Positions 9,697 to 19,199 of a DNA stretch of 64,000 bases are shown here, in pieces; position 1 is the stretch's first letter; each line of letters begins with the position of its first letter. A program made the position numbers and the translations under genes. This DNA comes from Verrucomicrobiia bacterium. GTDB lineage: Bacteria > Verrucomicrobiota > Verrucomicrobiia > Limisphaerales > UBA11358. The stretch is taken from NCBI GenBank assembly GCA_036498725.1, contig DASYEY010000256.1:5611-69610 (forward strand), read 5' to 3'. Below the pieces are notes generated by a model, which worked only from the letters and a program-made list of their open reading frames with translations, was not told the DNA's origin and ran no database searches.

Positions 9697-11241
9697 ATGC
9701 ATCTTGCACGCGGGATGAACAAGGTCCACGATAGCAATAGTCACGTCAACGGTACCAATGGCTCGCCAACCGTGCCGCCGGTTGCCCCCAAGCCTGCCCC
9801 CGCAAAGCTTGCAGATGGTTCAGCCGGCGTATCGCGCGTTAACTTCCAGACCGTCGAAGGCATCAAGCTGTGCGGCATGCTCGCGCATTTTACCCGGCAA
9901 TCCGCCACGTTTGAATTTCATGGACCGGCGACAATTTTGCGTGCGGCTGAAGCCCTCACGGATTTTCAGATTGAAATCTGCGGGCAGACGGCTTATTCCG
10001 GGCGCGCGGTTATTGCAAATTTGCTGGATGGTGGCAGCAACACTTTCTGTGAAGTAACCCTGGATGAAAATCTCTGGGCCGGGAAAATAAATCTTTTAGA
10101 AACCCCGGCCGCAACCGGCGGCAAAGGTCATTTGGAGCTTGGCTTCAAAGAATTTCTTCAAAACTGGCAGAGCCTTTACAAGATCAGTCCTGAATACAAG
10201 CTGGCCTTGGTGGACATGCAGACTTACTTCACCGACCTGAAGCTTTGGTTGAATCAATTGGAAATCAGCATTCAAGCGGTTCCTGAAATTGAACAGCCGG
10301 CGTTGGAGCGTAAAATCATTGCCGAAGTGGGACGGCTGGCCTTTCCCACCTTTGCGGCGCTGTTTGAAAGGTTTGAGCTGGCGGCAAAAGCGGTGGATAA
10401 AAAACACCTGCCGCCCCACCAAGCCCTCGTCAAGCGGATGTTGCACCCGCTGATTCTCTGCTCACCCTTCATGCACCGGATCTATTCTAAGCCGCTGGGT
10501 TATGCTGGTGATTATGAGATGGTCAACATGATCTTGCGTGATCCGCACGAGGGAGATTCACTTTTTGCCAAACTGCTGAATGTGTTCATTTTGGGACAGG
10601 TGCCCGGCGAGGCGCATCGCAACCGCGTCATTTACCTGGTTCACCGCTTGGTCGAAGAGGTGGGCCGCATGGCGCAACAAGGTAAAGTTTGCCGGATTTA
10701 CAATCTTGGTTGCGGGCCGGCCGGTGAAGTTCAGCAATTCCTGAGAGCGCATGACTTGTCGCAGCACGCCCAGTTCACCCTCCTGGATGCCGATGATGAA
10801 ACCTTAAGAAATACGGGCAAGTTGCTGGAAAGCATCAAGTCCAAGCACAACCGGCGGACCCCCCTCAAGCTGGTAAAAAAATCGGTGCATCAATTACTCA
10901 AGCCAAGTGACCGGAATAAATCTGCCGGCGAAAAATATGACTATATTTACTCCGCCGGTCTCTTTGATTATTTAACCGACCAGGTTGGCCGGACGATTAT
11001 TGAACTGACTTACAACCTGCTTGCGCCGGGCGGATTGCTGCTGATAACCAACGTTGATCCCGTGAATCCCATTAAAAACATTATGGATCATATTTACGAC
11101 TGGCCGCTGATCTATCGGGATGGCCGGCAACTTGCCGAGCTGGCCGCCAGATTGCCGGCCGACGCCAGCATCGCCATCAGGGCCGAATACACCAGCGCCA
11201 ACGTTATTTTGGAAGTGCGAAAACCGTCGCTGAACCCATGA
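9697..11241 (+). CDS. Class I SAM-dependent methyltransferase with an extra N-terminal domain (PhcB-like)
   Basis: Motif I is IYNLGCGPAGEV, followed by LLDADDETL, YIYSAGLFDYL and LLAPGGLLLITN. The first roughly 330 aa form a non-catalytic, possibly PilZ-like, N-terminal region. The stop overlaps the next start (ATGA at 11238-11241). Confidence 0.8.
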   Translation: MHLARGMNKVHDSNSHVNGTNGSPTVPPVAPKPAPAKLADGSAGVSRVNFQTVEGIKLCGMLAHFTRQSATFEFHGPATILRAAEALTDFQIEICGQTAYSGRAVIANLLDGGSNTFCEVTLDENLWAGKINLLETPAATGGKGHLELGFKEFLQNWQSLYKISPEYKLALVDMQTYFTDLKLWLNQLEISIQAVPEIEQPALERKIIAEVGRLAFPTFAALFERFELAAKAVDKKHLPPHQALVKRMLHPLILCSPFMHRIYSKPLGYAGDYEMVNMILRDPHEGDSLFAKLLNVFILGQVPGEAHRNRVIYLVHRLVEEVGRMAQQGKVCRIYNLGCGPAGEVQQFLRAHDLSQHAQFTLLDADDETLRNTGKLLESIKSKHNRRTPLKLVKKSVHQLLKPSDRNKSAGEKYDYIYSAGLFDYLTDQVGRTIIELTYNLLAPGGLLLITNVDPVNPIKNIMDHIYDWPLIYRDGRQLAELAARLPADASIAIRAEYTSANVILEVRKPSLNP

Positions 11242-13907
11242 GTGATCTCATTTTTCAACAGGCTTTTGACAAGCAGGAGCGGCACGACCGGATCAGCAAC
11301 TCAAAACTGGCCACGATTCTTTCCATTGTGCTCATGCCCGCCGGCTTGACCTTGGATTTTTTTGTTTACCCGGAACATTTATGGTTGTTTTTCGGCGTGC
11401 GGGTTTTGGCTTCATGCCTGATGGGATTGGTATGGTTATGGTTTTATCTCAATCACGAAAAAAACGACCGCGTCTTTGGCGTGGCGTGGTATATGATTCC
11501 GACGATTGCGATCGCGTGGATGATGTATTATGCCAACGATCCGAATTCCCCCTATTACGCCGGGCTTAATATCGTTTTGCTGGCGGTCGGCCTGTTGTCA
11601 CCGTGGACTTATCGGCAAAATTTAATATCCGCAACGGCGGTGATCGTGATCTATCTGGTGGCTTCCTATTCAATGGCCAGCAAACAGCCATTTGGGGCGG
11701 TTTTTAATAATCTTTATTTCATCACGCTTACCGCCGTCATCGTGGTGGCCGGCAGCCATGCCGCTTATCGCCAGCGTTTCCGTGAATTTTCTTTGCGTTA
11801 TGAACTGGATAAAAACCGCAAATCATTGGAGCAAACCAACCAAAAGCTGGTCGAGTTGGACCGGCTCAAGAGCCGCTTCTTCGCGAATGTCAGCCATGAA
11901 ATGCGCACGCCGTTGACGTTGCTGCTGGCACCGCTGGAAATCCTGGTGAGACGTTACGAAAAAGTGCTCGATAGCAACACCTATGACCTGCTCCAGACGA
12001 TGCATAACAATGGCATGCGGTTGCTTAAACTGATCAACGATTTGCTGGAATTAATCCGGCTTGAATCCGGGCGGATGGAAATTAAAAAGGAACCGCTTTC
12101 CGTCAACGAATTTGTCAATGGCCTCGCCAGCGCCGTTGGCCAGATGGCATTGGAAAAGCGGATCAGCCTGGAAACCCATGTGGATGACGGCATTATCGCG
12201 ATCTCAGCCGACCGGGACAAACTGGAAAAAATCGTGTTGAACCTGCTCTTTAACGCCCTCAAGTTTACAGCGGAAAATGGCCGGGTTTGGTTAAATGCTG
12301 AGAAGAAAGATGGCGATTTTATGCTGATTGTCGGGGATACCGGCGTGGGTATCGCGGAAAAAAGCCTGCCGTTTGTCTTCGACCGATTTTGGCAGGAAGA
12401 CAGTTCTTCCAAGCGAAAATTTCAAGGTGCGGGCATCGGCTTGGCGCTGGTGAAGGAATTGACCGATATGATTGGCGGTGCGGTGACGGTGGAAAGCCAG
12501 TTAGGCAAAGGCACGGTGTTCACCGTCCGGCTGCCGTTCGAACCGGCGGAATTACCGGTGCGCCCGCCACTGAGTGCCGCGGACAAAGCGGCGGACATCG
12601 AACCGCTGCATTCGGAAGAGTGGCTGGTGAATCTTTACCGGCGCGCGGAATTTTTCCCGGCCGCCAAGCGCAAGGCTTCGGAACTCGTGCCGTTTTCCCA
12701 CCGGACGCGGCGGCCGGTGGTATTGGTGGCGGATGACGAGCCGGACATGCGGCGGTTTCTGGTGTCGCAATTGGAGGATGACTACGAAGTGATCGAGGCG
12801 GTGGATGGCAATGACGCGATGGAAAAGGCGCAGGAAACCATTCCCAACGTGATCCTGCTCGATTTGATGATGCCCCACAAAGACGGATTGCAGGTCTGCC
12901 GCGAGTTGCGCGAATATGCGCCAACCGTCGGCATACCGATCATTTTGCTGACGGCCCGCGCGGATGAAGAGGCGAAATTTGATGCCTTGCAGATGGGAGC
13001 CAATGATTTTCTGGCCAAGCCGTTTTCTTCGATCGAATTGCAGGCCCGCATCAAAAACCTGATCGAATCGCATCATTTCCAGCGTAAATTGACGCGGCAA
13101 AACCAGGCATTATCCGAGGCGATTGACCAGATCAAGGAGACGGAGATGCAGTTGGTGCAATCCGAGAAGCTGTCTTCGTTGGGCCGCATGAGCGCGGGGA
13201 TCATCCACGAGATCAATAATCCGTTGAATTTTTCGTTAACGGGGTTGTTTGCTTTGCGCAACAAGGGGAAAAAACTGGCGCCGGAAGACCGCACGGAATA
13301 CGACGCGATCCTCAACGACATTGAGGAGGGACTGAAGCGTGTGCGCAACATCGTCTCCGACCTGCGCACCTTCACGCATCCGGGCGTGGGTGCGGGCGAA
13401 CCGGTCGAGGTGGCGGACGCCGTGGATGCCACACTGCGTTTTCTCGGTGGCGAATGGAAGGGGCGGGTGCAGATCCATCAAGATATTTTGCCCACGCAAA
13501 ATCTTTGGGCGAACCGCAATAAATTGATTCACGTCCTGGTTAATTTAGTGCAGAATGCCATTGACGCGTTGCAGGAAAAAGAGTTTAACGGCGGCGAGCA
13601 GCCGCAGATTTGGATCACTGGGAAACTTAATGGCAATCGAAGCAGTATCATCGTTCGCGATAATGGGCCGGGGATTGAGGGCCGGATTGCGGACAAAATT
13701 TTTGATCCGTTTTTTACGACCAAGGAAGTGGGCAAGGGCATGGGCTTGGGACTGAGCATCTGTTACCGGATTGTGCAGGGGTACGGCGGGAAGATTACGG
13801 TGAAGAGCGAACGCGGGCAGTTCTGTGAATTCACCCTGGATTTTCCGGCCGATGCCGATGCGGCCGTCGAAATGGAAATTGAAAATGGGGAACCTTTACA
13901 ACTATAA
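11238..13907 (+). CDS. Membrane hybrid sensor kinase with two kinase cores flanking a receiver domain
   Basis: There are about 5-6 N-terminal TM helices. Core 1 has H-box FFANVSHEMRTPL and G-boxes GDTGVGI and GAGIGLALVKEL. The receiver has VLVADDE, DLMMPHKDG and LAKPF. Core 2 has H-box AGIIHEINNPLNF plus DNGPGI and GMGLGLSICYRIV. Confidence 0.9.
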   Translation: MSDLIFQQAFDKQERHDRISNSKLATILSIVLMPAGLTLDFFVYPEHLWLFFGVRVLASCLMGLVWLWFYLNHEKNDRVFGVAWYMIPTIAIAWMMYYANDPNSPYYAGLNIVLLAVGLLSPWTYRQNLISATAVIVIYLVASYSMASKQPFGAVFNNLYFITLTAVIVVAGSHAAYRQRFREFSLRYELDKNRKSLEQTNQKLVELDRLKSRFFANVSHEMRTPLTLLLAPLEILVRRYEKVLDSNTYDLLQTMHNNGMRLLKLINDLLELIRLESGRMEIKKEPLSVNEFVNGLASAVGQMALEKRISLETHVDDGIIAISADRDKLEKIVLNLLFNALKFTAENGRVWLNAEKKDGDFMLIVGDTGVGIAEKSLPFVFDRFWQEDSSSKRKFQGAGIGLALVKELTDMIGGAVTVESQLGKGTVFTVRLPFEPAELPVRPPLSAADKAADIEPLHSEEWLVNLYRRAEFFPAAKRKASELVPFSHRTRRPVVLVADDEPDMRRFLVSQLEDDYEVIEAVDGNDAMEKAQETIPNVILLDLMMPHKDGLQVCRELREYAPTVGIPIILLTARADEEAKFDALQMGANDFLAKPFSSIELQARIKNLIESHHFQRKLTRQNQALSEAIDQIKETEMQLVQSEKLSSLGRMSAGIIHEINNPLNFSLTGLFALRNKGKKLAPEDRTEYDAILNDIEEGLKRVRNIVSDLRTFTHPGVGAGEPVEVADAVDATLRFLGGEWKGRVQIHQDILPTQNLWANRNKLIHVLVNLVQNAIDALQEKEFNGGEQPQIWITGKLNGNRSSIIVRDNGPGIEGRIADKIFDPFFTTKEVGKGMGLGLSICYRIVQGYGGKITVKSERGQFCEFTLDFPADADAAVEMEIENGEPLQL

Positions 13908-15138
13908 AAAATTTGCCGTGTTGTATGTTGATGACGAAGAGCGGTCATTAACCAGCTTCGCGCGTGCCTACGGCGACCAGTTCCACATCTTCACGGCCGT
14001 CAGTGCGCAGGAAGGTTTCAAGTTGTTCCAGCAACACGCGGACGAGATCGGCATTGTGATGACGGATCAGCGGATGCCAGGGGAAAAGGGTGTCTGGCTG
14101 CTGGAACGGTGCCGGCAGTTTCGTCCGCGCGTCCTGCGGATGCTGGTGACGGCGTTTGCGGATATGGATGCCGCAATCTCGGCGGTCAACGCGGGTGCGA
14201 TCTACAAATACATCACCAAGCCATGGGATCCGTCGCAGCTTGAGATCACACTTCGGCAGGGCCTGGAATTTTTCATGGTGCAGGGCGAGCGCGACCAATT
14301 ATTGCGTGAAAAAATGTCCATGCTGCGCAACATGATGATTGCCGATCGCGTTGTCAGCCTCGGTTTGCTGGCCGCCGGTTTGAGTCATCACATCCGCAAC
14401 TCGATGGTGGCGGTGAAAACATTTTTGGAACTGGCGCCGCTCAAGATGGCCGAGGAAAAAACCAGCGCCGAAGGTTTGCGGGATCCGGATTTTTGGCGGG
14501 AATATCATCAGAATGTTCAGGGCCAGATTGAAAAAGTGAATGTTTTACTTTCCGATTTGCGTACCGCTTCGGAAAATGGCCGCAACGGTGAGTTGTTCCC
14601 GGACGAAATCAATTTGCGCGCGGCGCTGGAGTCACGGATTGCGGTCTTGAACGGTTCGCTGGCGGCGCGCCGGATTACGCTGGAAAATCAGGTTTCCGAA
14701 ACGTTGCCGCTCCTGCGCGTGGACAAGCCGAAATTTGACCGGCTGATTGACCTGTTGCTGAAGGATGAACTGGCAATGTTGCCGGCCGGCAGCCAGATCA
14801 CCTTGACGGCGGAAGTGTCGGAAAATGAAATGATCTTTACGCTGGCCGACAACGGGCCCGCGCTGCCGGCGACCGCATTGCAGGTGGTGTGCGATCCGTT
14901 CACCGTCACCGCTGGCACGCCGTCGGAATATGGCATCAATTTGATGGCTTGTTTTTTTATCGCGCACCATCATGGCGGCCGGGTTGAGGCCCGAACGTTG
15001 CCGGGCGGCAATGCCTTTACCGTGCGGCTGCCGTTGAAGCCGGAACGGGTGGCGCCCGCGTCGGATGAGGATGCGGATTTTATGAAGCGCGCCTTATTGA
15101 ATGAAGATCTTTGGAGTAAATTTTTGACGCACGGCTGA
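13885..15138 (+). CDS. Response regulator fused to a histidine-kinase-like output domain (PhcR-like)
   Basis: The receiver has VLYVDDEE, MTDQRMPGEKG and ITKPW. It is followed by an H-box-like AAGLSHHIRNSM and a degenerate ATPase region (ADNGPALP...HHHGGRVE). The ATG at 13885 was chosen and overlaps the upstream gene by 23 nt. Confidence 0.85.
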   Translation: MGNLYNYKKFAVLYVDDEERSLTSFARAYGDQFHIFTAVSAQEGFKLFQQHADEIGIVMTDQRMPGEKGVWLLERCRQFRPRVLRMLVTAFADMDAAISAVNAGAIYKYITKPWDPSQLEITLRQGLEFFMVQGERDQLLREKMSMLRNMMIADRVVSLGLLAAGLSHHIRNSMVAVKTFLELAPLKMAEEKTSAEGLRDPDFWREYHQNVQGQIEKVNVLLSDLRTASENGRNGELFPDEINLRAALESRIAVLNGSLAARRITLENQVSETLPLLRVDKPKFDRLIDLLLKDELAMLPAGSQITLTAEVSENEMIFTLADNGPALPATALQVVCDPFTVTAGTPSEYGINLMACFFIAHHHGGRVEARTLPGGNAFTVRLPLKPERVAPASDEDADFMKRALLNEDLWSKFLTHG

Positions 15139-15157
15139 ATTTTTTTGACTGAAAAAC

Positions 15158-17191
15158 ATGAAGACAATCCTGGTTTTATCGCCCCATCCTGATTTCGCCG
15201 AGACGATTCGCATCGGCTTGAACGCCGAGCAGTACCGCGTCGTTCACCGCTTGAATGTCGAAGAAGGCGAGCCATTGCTGGTCCACGGTCTCGTGGTGGC
15301 CTGTGTGCTGGACGCCGACCTGCTCGGCGTTGAAAGCATCTGGATCATCGAACGCCTGCGCCGGCGCGATGCCAAAACGCCGATCATTGCCTACACCGAG
15401 TCGGTGCAGGCGGATTGGGAAGAAGAGGCATTTTTGCGTGGCGTGACGCATGTGCTGACCAAGCCCGTGCGCCATCGGCTGTTGAATTCCGTGCTGGAAC
15501 GGACGACTAATTTCCCGGTTGCGCCCCGGCCATTGCCGCCGCCCGCTGCGCCGGACACCTCACTTTTTCGTAATCCTAGTCTGGCGCTCTTCGGCCAGCC
15601 GCCCGTGGGACCCGGCCAGACGCTGGATGTATTGCGCGATTTTTCCGCCATCCTCACGCATTCGCTCGACGCGGAAGCGATGCTGAAACAATTTTTACAA
15701 TTTCTCCGTGAAATCCTGAGTGTCAATCGCGCTGCGATTTTTCTCAATCGTCCCTGCGTGCCCACGGTGGAGGCGCCGGCGCCGGGAATTTCCCGCCGAC
15801 TGCGTTCGGCGGCGGCGATCGGGCTTTCTTCCGGTTTGCTGGAACATTTCGAATTGTCGCTGGATTCCGGCATCGGCGCGCAGATTTCGCGGTCCGGCCG
15901 CATTCTGCGCCGCGATAGCGAAGAGGCGCGGCTCAATAACGAAGTTCAAAAGGAATTTGAATTGCTGGGCGTGCAGGTCGCCGTGCCGATTCCTGACCGC
16001 GACAACATCGTTGGGGTGGCCGTTTTCGATGGCCGCTTCACGGGTGAGCCGTTGGTGAACGCGGAATTGGAACTAATTTTCCACCTGCTGGAACAGGTTG
16101 GCCTCGCCCTGCGCAACATCTGGTTGCACGATCAACTGGCGGGCAATCACGAGATGATGGCGGACGTGTTGCGGGAACTAAGCAGCGCATGCATCGTCGT
16201 TGGCCGCGATTTGAAAGTGTTGCATGCGAACAAATCAGCCCGCCGCCATTTTGGGCGCAAGAACGAGCGCACCGGCGGCCTGGAATTCAGCGACCTGCCG
16301 CAGGTCCTGGGCGCCAAGTTGTATCAAGTTTTGAAGACGGGCGCGGCATTGGAGCCATTTCGTTACGAACCGGAAAATTCCCCGGGCACAATCTATAACA
16401 TCAGTGTCGTGCCGTTCCAGCATGGCACTTCCGCGCTGCCCAGCTCCGCGCTGCTCACGGCGGATGACCTGACGCAGACGGAACGGTTGCGCCGGTTGGA
16501 ATTGGAAGCAGCCAATCTGCGGCTCATCCGGACGATGGCTGACCGCCTGGCGCATGAAATCGGCAACGCGATGGTGCCGATCTCCACGCATCATCAACTG
16601 CTTGGCGAAAAACTTGATGATCCGGAATTCCGCCTTTCCCTCGACACGGCCCTGGGCGAAGGCGTCAAACGTGTTTCCCGTTTGATCAGCCAGATGCGTT
16701 TTCTGGCCCGCGATGGTTTCATTGAACAGGAGGCATTCGCCATCCAGAAATTAATCGAGGAGGCCTATCAGGAAGCCATGCGGCAACAGCCATCCCAGGT
16801 CTTATTGAAGATGGAATCCGGCGGCAAGCCCTACATTATTTCCGGGGACCGCGCCGCATTGAAACATGCCATGTCGGAAATCATCCTCAACGCCTTGCAG
16901 GCGAATCCCAAAGGCGCGCAAGTGGACGTGAAGCTGCAAGCGGGTGGCAGCAATGGCGATCGGGCGGTGACGATCGAAGTGCAGGATACCGGTGCCGGCT
17001 TCAGCATTGAGGCGGCCAAGAAAATCCCTTCGCCCTTTTATACCACGCGCAACATCGGCCTCGGCCTTGGGCTGGCGGTCACGCAAAAGATCATCGAGAA
17101 TCATCACGGTAAATTGGAGATCGTCCCGTCATCCTCCGGCATCGTGCGCGTTTCCCTGCCCGCCGAACACACGGTGGTTGGCGCGGTCTGA
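15158..17191 (+). CDS. Atypical receiver - GAF - PAS-like - histidine kinase
   Basis: The N-terminal receiver-like fold (VLDADL, LTKPV) lacks the usual N-terminal acidic pair (LVLSPHPD). A GAF-like middle region follows. The H-box is LAHEIGNAM, with G-boxes QDTGAGF and GLGLGLAVTQKIIENHHG. Confidence 0.85.
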   Translation: MKTILVLSPHPDFAETIRIGLNAEQYRVVHRLNVEEGEPLLVHGLVVACVLDADLLGVESIWIIERLRRRDAKTPIIAYTESVQADWEEEAFLRGVTHVLTKPVRHRLLNSVLERTTNFPVAPRPLPPPAAPDTSLFRNPSLALFGQPPVGPGQTLDVLRDFSAILTHSLDAEAMLKQFLQFLREILSVNRAAIFLNRPCVPTVEAPAPGISRRLRSAAAIGLSSGLLEHFELSLDSGIGAQISRSGRILRRDSEEARLNNEVQKEFELLGVQVAVPIPDRDNIVGVAVFDGRFTGEPLVNAELELIFHLLEQVGLALRNIWLHDQLAGNHEMMADVLRELSSACIVVGRDLKVLHANKSARRHFGRKNERTGGLEFSDLPQVLGAKLYQVLKTGAALEPFRYEPENSPGTIYNISVVPFQHGTSALPSSALLTADDLTQTERLRRLELEAANLRLIRTMADRLAHEIGNAMVPISTHHQLLGEKLDDPEFRLSLDTALGEGVKRVSRLISQMRFLARDGFIEQEAFAIQKLIEEAYQEAMRQQPSQVLLKMESGGKPYIISGDRAALKHAMSEIILNALQANPKGAQVDVKLQAGGSNGDRAVTIEVQDTGAGFSIEAAKKIPSPFYTTRNIGLGLGLAVTQKIIENHHGKLEIVPSSSGIVRVSLPAEHTVVGAV

Positions 17192-17214
17192 TCGGCATCA
17201 TTCAGTTATAAAAT

Positions 17215-17250
17215 AAAAATGCGCCTTTGATTATCAAAGGCGCATTTTTT
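17215..17250. terminator. Bidirectional hairpin terminator
   Basis: AAAAA-TGCGCCTTTGA-tta-TCAAAGGCGCA-TTTTTT lies between convergent genes. It has an 11-bp perfect stem flanked by A- and T-runs. Confidence 0.75.
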
Positions 17251-17265
17251 GTGGTGAGAGATATT

Positions 17266-19092
17266 TTAATTGCCCAGCGGGATGCTGGTGTTTTTCCGGC
17301 CGATTTTGTGGCCCATCGCGCCGTAGAAGGCGACATATGCGTAGGCGATCATCGGCACGATGAACGAGAGCTGGATGCTGAAATGATCAGCAATTGTGCC
17401 TTGCAAGGGTGGCAATAGTGCGCCACCCAAGATCGCCATGACCAGCAGTGAAGAGATCTGGCCCTTGTAGATGCCGCCGCCATCCAGCGCGAGGGAGAAA
17501 ATATTTGGCCAGCCGATGGAGGTGAACAAGCCAATGCCGACGATGCACCACATGGCTACATGGCCGCCATAACCGATGGCCACCGCCAACAAGGCAACGA
17601 TTGTCAGGCCAAAGATCAGCAACGTGCGTCCGGCCATGGCCTTGCCGCATTGAAACAACACCCAGCATAATACCAGCAAGGGCAGATAATTCTTCACGAT
17701 CGCCCAGCCGGCGGTGAAATCAAAGTGTTTCAAATCGGAATCCCAACTGCGCAGAATCCAGAAAAGTAAAAAGCACACCAACGGAATCGCCACGAGAAAG
17801 ATCTGTTTGTTTACCTTTTTCATTTCGCTCAGTTCGACTGCCCCCATGAAACGTCCGATCAACATGCCGCCCCAGAAGAGCGACACATATTTGCTCGCTT
17901 CCACCGGGTCCAGACCAGCGACGCTTTTTTGACCAAGGAAACTGATGATCGCGCTGCCGATGGAAACTTCACCGCCGACATACATGAAGATGGCCAGTAC
18001 ACCCAATAGTACATGCGGATATTTCAGGGCGCCCATACCCCGTTCCACCTTGCCTTCACCCACATGAGGCAGGCGGATGAGAAAGAAGACGCCGGCGAGC
18101 GCCAGGAAAATAATGCAGAAGATCAGATATGGAATCTTAACGGATTCTGCTCCGTGCGCCCCGGTCTTGGCGAAGTATTGAAAAATCAAATAGCCGCCGA
18201 TCAAAGGGCCGACCGTGGTCCCAACTGAATTAAATGCCTGGGCCAGATTCAAGCGGCTTGAGGCGGTCCGTTCCGGTCCCAAAATCGTCACGTAGGGGTT
18301 GGCGGCGATCTGCAGCATCGCGAAGCCGAGACCAACCACGAACAGGGCAACGAGGAAAATCCAGAAGGGAACCAGATAGCGCGAGATTTCACCGGCATAA
18401 GCATCTTGCAATAAACAGAGGTTTAATTGGGCGACAGCTTTATCTTCGGTTTTTGACTTCAATAATTCTTTGGTGGTGTCGGCCAGCTTGACTCCTGCAA
18501 AACGTTGTTCGTCGTAAATTGACGGGCCTTTGGCAATTTTATTTAAATCATCCGCCAAATCTTTTTTCAATGCTTCGGTATTTCCGCTTCCACCCTGGCT
18601 AAGCAGTTGGCGTGTAGGTTCGGATAAACCATTGTAAATAAAGACCGAAACCGCATCTTTTTGCTGGGCCAACGTTTGGGTTAAAGCTGGGAAATTACGA
18701 AAATCGTCGGGAGCGATAATGGATGACCGCGGGGCCAAGGTTGCCGCTGGCCAGAACAAGGCGCTGCCTATCGCTGCAATCACCAACCCGGTGATGACGC
18801 CATTTTTATAACCAATTTTTGCGATCGGATCACCGAGCCGGGCAGAAATGATAAAATAAATCAACGAACCAACAAAATAAGCACCAAAAAACGCAAATTG
18901 CACCAGCATCGCGTGCAGATAATCCAGGGTGAACGCTTCCTTGAACCGCGGGATCAGGATGTCGTTGAACACGGTCATGAAGCCCCACATGAAAAAGAGG
19001 ACGGTCATGATCGCGAAGGGTCCGCGATAATTTTGGCCGGAGTTTTGCGTCGAACCGGTGGTTGACGCGATGGATGGATTCATGGCTGCCAT
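17266..19092 (-). CDS. MFS sugar transporter, FucP/GluP (fucose or glucose/galactose:H+ symporter) family, with a large insertion
   Basis: MTVLFFMWGFMTVFNDILIPRFKEAF and LQIAANPYV are hallmark FucP-family segments. It has 12 or more hydrophobic helices. The start was taken at MAAMNPS (ATG 19092). Confidence 0.85.
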   Translation of the reverse strand: MAAMNPSIASTTGSTQNSGQNYRGPFAIMTVLFFMWGFMTVFNDILIPRFKEAFTLDYLHAMLVQFAFFGAYFVGSLIYFIISARLGDPIAKIGYKNGVITGLVIAAIGSALFWPAATLAPRSSIIAPDDFRNFPALTQTLAQQKDAVSVFIYNGLSEPTRQLLSQGGSGNTEALKKDLADDLNKIAKGPSIYDEQRFAGVKLADTTKELLKSKTEDKAVAQLNLCLLQDAYAGEISRYLVPFWIFLVALFVVGLGFAMLQIAANPYVTILGPERTASSRLNLAQAFNSVGTTVGPLIGGYLIFQYFAKTGAHGAESVKIPYLIFCIIFLALAGVFFLIRLPHVGEGKVERGMGALKYPHVLLGVLAIFMYVGGEVSIGSAIISFLGQKSVAGLDPVEASKYVSLFWGGMLIGRFMGAVELSEMKKVNKQIFLVAIPLVCFLLFWILRSWDSDLKHFDFTAGWAIVKNYLPLLVLCWVLFQCGKAMAGRTLLIFGLTIVALLAVAIGYGGHVAMWCIVGIGLFTSIGWPNIFSLALDGGGIYKGQISSLLVMAILGGALLPPLQGTIADHFSIQLSFIVPMIAYAYVAFYGAMGHKIGRKNTSIPLGN

Positions 19093-19199
19093 AGTAGATT
19101 TAGGTCTGGTAACGCCGCACAAACTAGGCCAAGGCTGCTGGAAAGTCGCGTAAAAAATTTCGAGGCTGCCCGGTGCAATCCCCTAAAGGCAGTCTTTCA

